Part shown: piece after piece, positions 62,455 to 64,000 of the stretch | How the letters are laid out: each line of letters opens with the position of its first letter | Numbering within the stretch: the stretch's first letter is position 1 | Assembly (NCBI GenBank): GCA_965603825.1 | Contig: CBFDEM010000012.1 | Location: 682,001-746,000, forward strand | Source: Blepharisma stoltei ATCC 30299 | Taxonomy: Eukaryota > Protista > Ciliophora | Direction of reading: 5' to 3' | Length of the DNA: 64,000 bases | Program-made: the position numbers and the translations under genes | Notes under the pieces: model-generated | The model's database searches: none | Told to the model about the DNA's origin: nothing | What the model saw: only the letters and a program-made list of their open reading frames with translations

Positions 62455-62727
62455 ATGGGCTAATCAATTTTATTCTTGCTTTGGCATAACAGCTAAAAAA
62501 TCTTGGTCAGAGTCTCGGGGTCTATACAATTCATAATGATTTAAGCCAAATTATTGCACGGTCTTAGGTTGGGATGGCCAAGGCTCCTCTATAGTATTAT
62601 AATTATGATAATAGCCAAAACTTTTTGCTGATTTCAAGACATTAGAGGATGATTACACCCTGATATAAAGCAGTATCATGGGCAACGAGCAGTTTGTGCT
62701 GAAAGTGTTAATCTTGATTGGCCTTAA
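62455..62727 (+). pseudogene. Decayed 3' half of a GH25 lysozyme
   Basis: Remnants encoding LKNLGQSLGVYT, PL*YYNYDN, IKQYHG and VNLDWP*, with stops and indels. Confidence 0.75.
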
Positions 62728-63018
62728 TTACCCACTTTCACAAGAGATCTTGAAGATATAAATGTTTAATCTTATACGAATCCATCATATTTTTTATAAA
62801 TATTAAAGAAAATTCTAATAAAAAAATTTTGAATCAATTAAATATATCTATACTAGTTATGTCCAAGAAAAGAAATAATTGATGGCATGATATAGATTTT
62901 AAAATTAATTGTAATCCTTATCATTATTTCTAATAAATAAATCCTGAATTACACATTAAAATTATTTTTCTGCCTAATTAACTCATAATAATCTATTTAT
63001 TGACTGATAGATACAATT

Positions 63019-64000
63019 ATGGAAACTGTTGAAGGTCAAGCAGAAAACTTTTTTAAAGAAGGAAAATATGATCAAGCAATTGAAAAGTATAGCCAATTAA
63101 TAATAGCAAAACCTTCCTGGCTTGCTTTTAATAATCGAGCTTGCTGCTATATGTACCTAAATAAGTGGCAAGAATCTGAAAAAGATTTTACTGAGTCAAT
63201 AAAACTGCTGAAAATTTCTCAGCCTTTCGAAGAAGACCAATATTACAAATCTCTCTATAGAAGGGCACAGATTTATGAAAGACTTTCAAAAATTGATCAA
63301 GCAATTGATGATTTGCATAAAGTAATATCGTTTGGGAAAAAATGGAATTTAAGATCAGAAGCCCAAGATATGTTTTCTCGATTAAAAAGCAGTAGTAGCA
63401 GAGAATACGACGAAGCATTACTGGTGTCTGAAAGAGAAGAGTTTTTAAACATTTTTAGAGAAAACATGGCAATTCATCCAGGCTCAGAATGGCACGTAGT
63501 CAGCAATGCGTGGTTTCAAAATTGGCAAGCCTATGTGAACCTTACAGTCAGAGATGGCAACGAAGACTTGCCCTTTAATTTCAATATTGAAGGAAAAGTA
63601 GAACACCCTGGAACTATTAATAATAAAGACATCATAGACAGCGACGCAACGAATGCTACCATTTCAGAAAATCCAACCTCAACTAATAAAATCTGCTTAA
63701 AGCCAGAATTAATAGAAAATGTCAATTATGTTGTATTGCCTAGAGAAGCATTCAAATTTTTAGAAGGAATTTATCGGTGTGCCAATGATATTAAGCGATT
63801 CGCGATCGAAGTCAATGACTCGATTTATCAGGTAGAAATATTTTTAAAAAGAGTAAAAATTGGGTTTCCGAGCTTAATGACTCTGGATATTGGATTTATT
63901 AATATGAGCAGGAAAGAAACTATAGCAAACCTTAAGAAAAGCTATTTGAATTATAGAGGATCTTCAATAAATGCGAGGGTTTGGAAAGTAAATTTAGGCT
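63019..64000 (+). CDS. TPR + DUSP domain protein, probable USP4/11/15-like deubiquitinase (5' part only)
   Basis: FFKEGKYDQAIEKY, NRACCY, LYRRA TPRs; WHVVSNAWFQNWQAYV..PGTINN..NYVVLP DUSP; open to the window edge. Confidence 0.8.
   Translation, partial: METVEGQAENFFKEGKYDQAIEKYSQLIIAKPSWLAFNNRACCYMYLNKWQESEKDFTESIKLLKISQPFEEDQYYKSLYRRAQIYERLSKIDQAIDDLHKVISFGKKWNLRSEAQDMFSRLKSSSSREYDEALLVSEREEFLNIFRENMAIHPGSEWHVVSNAWFQNWQAYVNLTVRDGNEDLPFNFNIEGKVEHPGTINNKDIIDSDATNATISENPTSTNKICLKPELIENVNYVVLPREAFKFLEGIYRCANDIKRFAIEVNDSIYQVEIFLKRVKIGFPSLMTLDIGFINMSRKETIANLKKSYLNYRGSSINARVWKVNLG

Noticed and set aside
2768-63725. Many antisense or alternative-frame ORFs in the track (e.g. 2768, 16802, 25615, 32910, 46865, 63188)
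   Set aside because: Shadows of well-supported genes on the other strand or frame; many start at TTG/GTG
1-64000. Reassignment or context-dependent reading of TAA/TAG
   Set aside because: Internal TAA/TAG in intact genes fall inside consensus 15-nt introns; others are in evident pseudogenes
14276-64000. Apparent enrichment of ubiquitin-system genes as a functional cluster
   Set aside because: These families are abundant in ciliate genomes and are interspersed with unrelated genes; needs a genome-wide baseline
1-64000. Telomeric repeats, retained IESs, transposases, CRISPR, rRNA, tRNA
   Set aside because: None recognised; the small indels seen are not convincing TA-bounded IESs

Overview
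Eukaryotic, AT-rich, gene-dense DNA, most likely the somatic (macronuclear) genome of a heterotrich ciliate of the Blepharisma type. The supplied ORF track fragments many genes for two reasons. (i) TGA is read as Trp: in-frame TGA sits at conserved Trp positions (DHHC-I-W, the K+ channel pore Y-W-AVTT, lysozyme W-IDVE), and the reconstructed genes end in TAA/TAG. (ii) Genes carry 15-16 nt GT..AG introns with an invariant A at position 10. After correction there are about 40 genes or pseudogenes. 1.5-13.4 kb is a mosaic of recent segmental duplications (CAMK kinase copies, a membrane-protein family, a repeated ~350-bp element). 14-52 kb is a compact block of mostly single-copy genes (LITAF x2, LRRC34-like, RING, DPH3, DHHC, MRPL12, LZTR1-like, CNBD K+ channel, NHE, F-box/cullin-like fusion, BK channel, EF-hand, TBC1D23-like, cyclin Y-like, UBTD-like, and one virus/bacteria-like orphan). 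52-63 kb is a fast-evolving cluster of GH25 lysozymes mixed with decaying Kelch and TPR genes. A TPR-DUSP gene runs off the right edge. No rRNA, tRNA, CRISPR or transposase was recognised. All family calls are by-eye motif recognition; no searches were run. The best novelty candidates are the F-box/cullin fusion, the orphan at 50353-51081 and the lysozyme cluster with a catalytically altered member.
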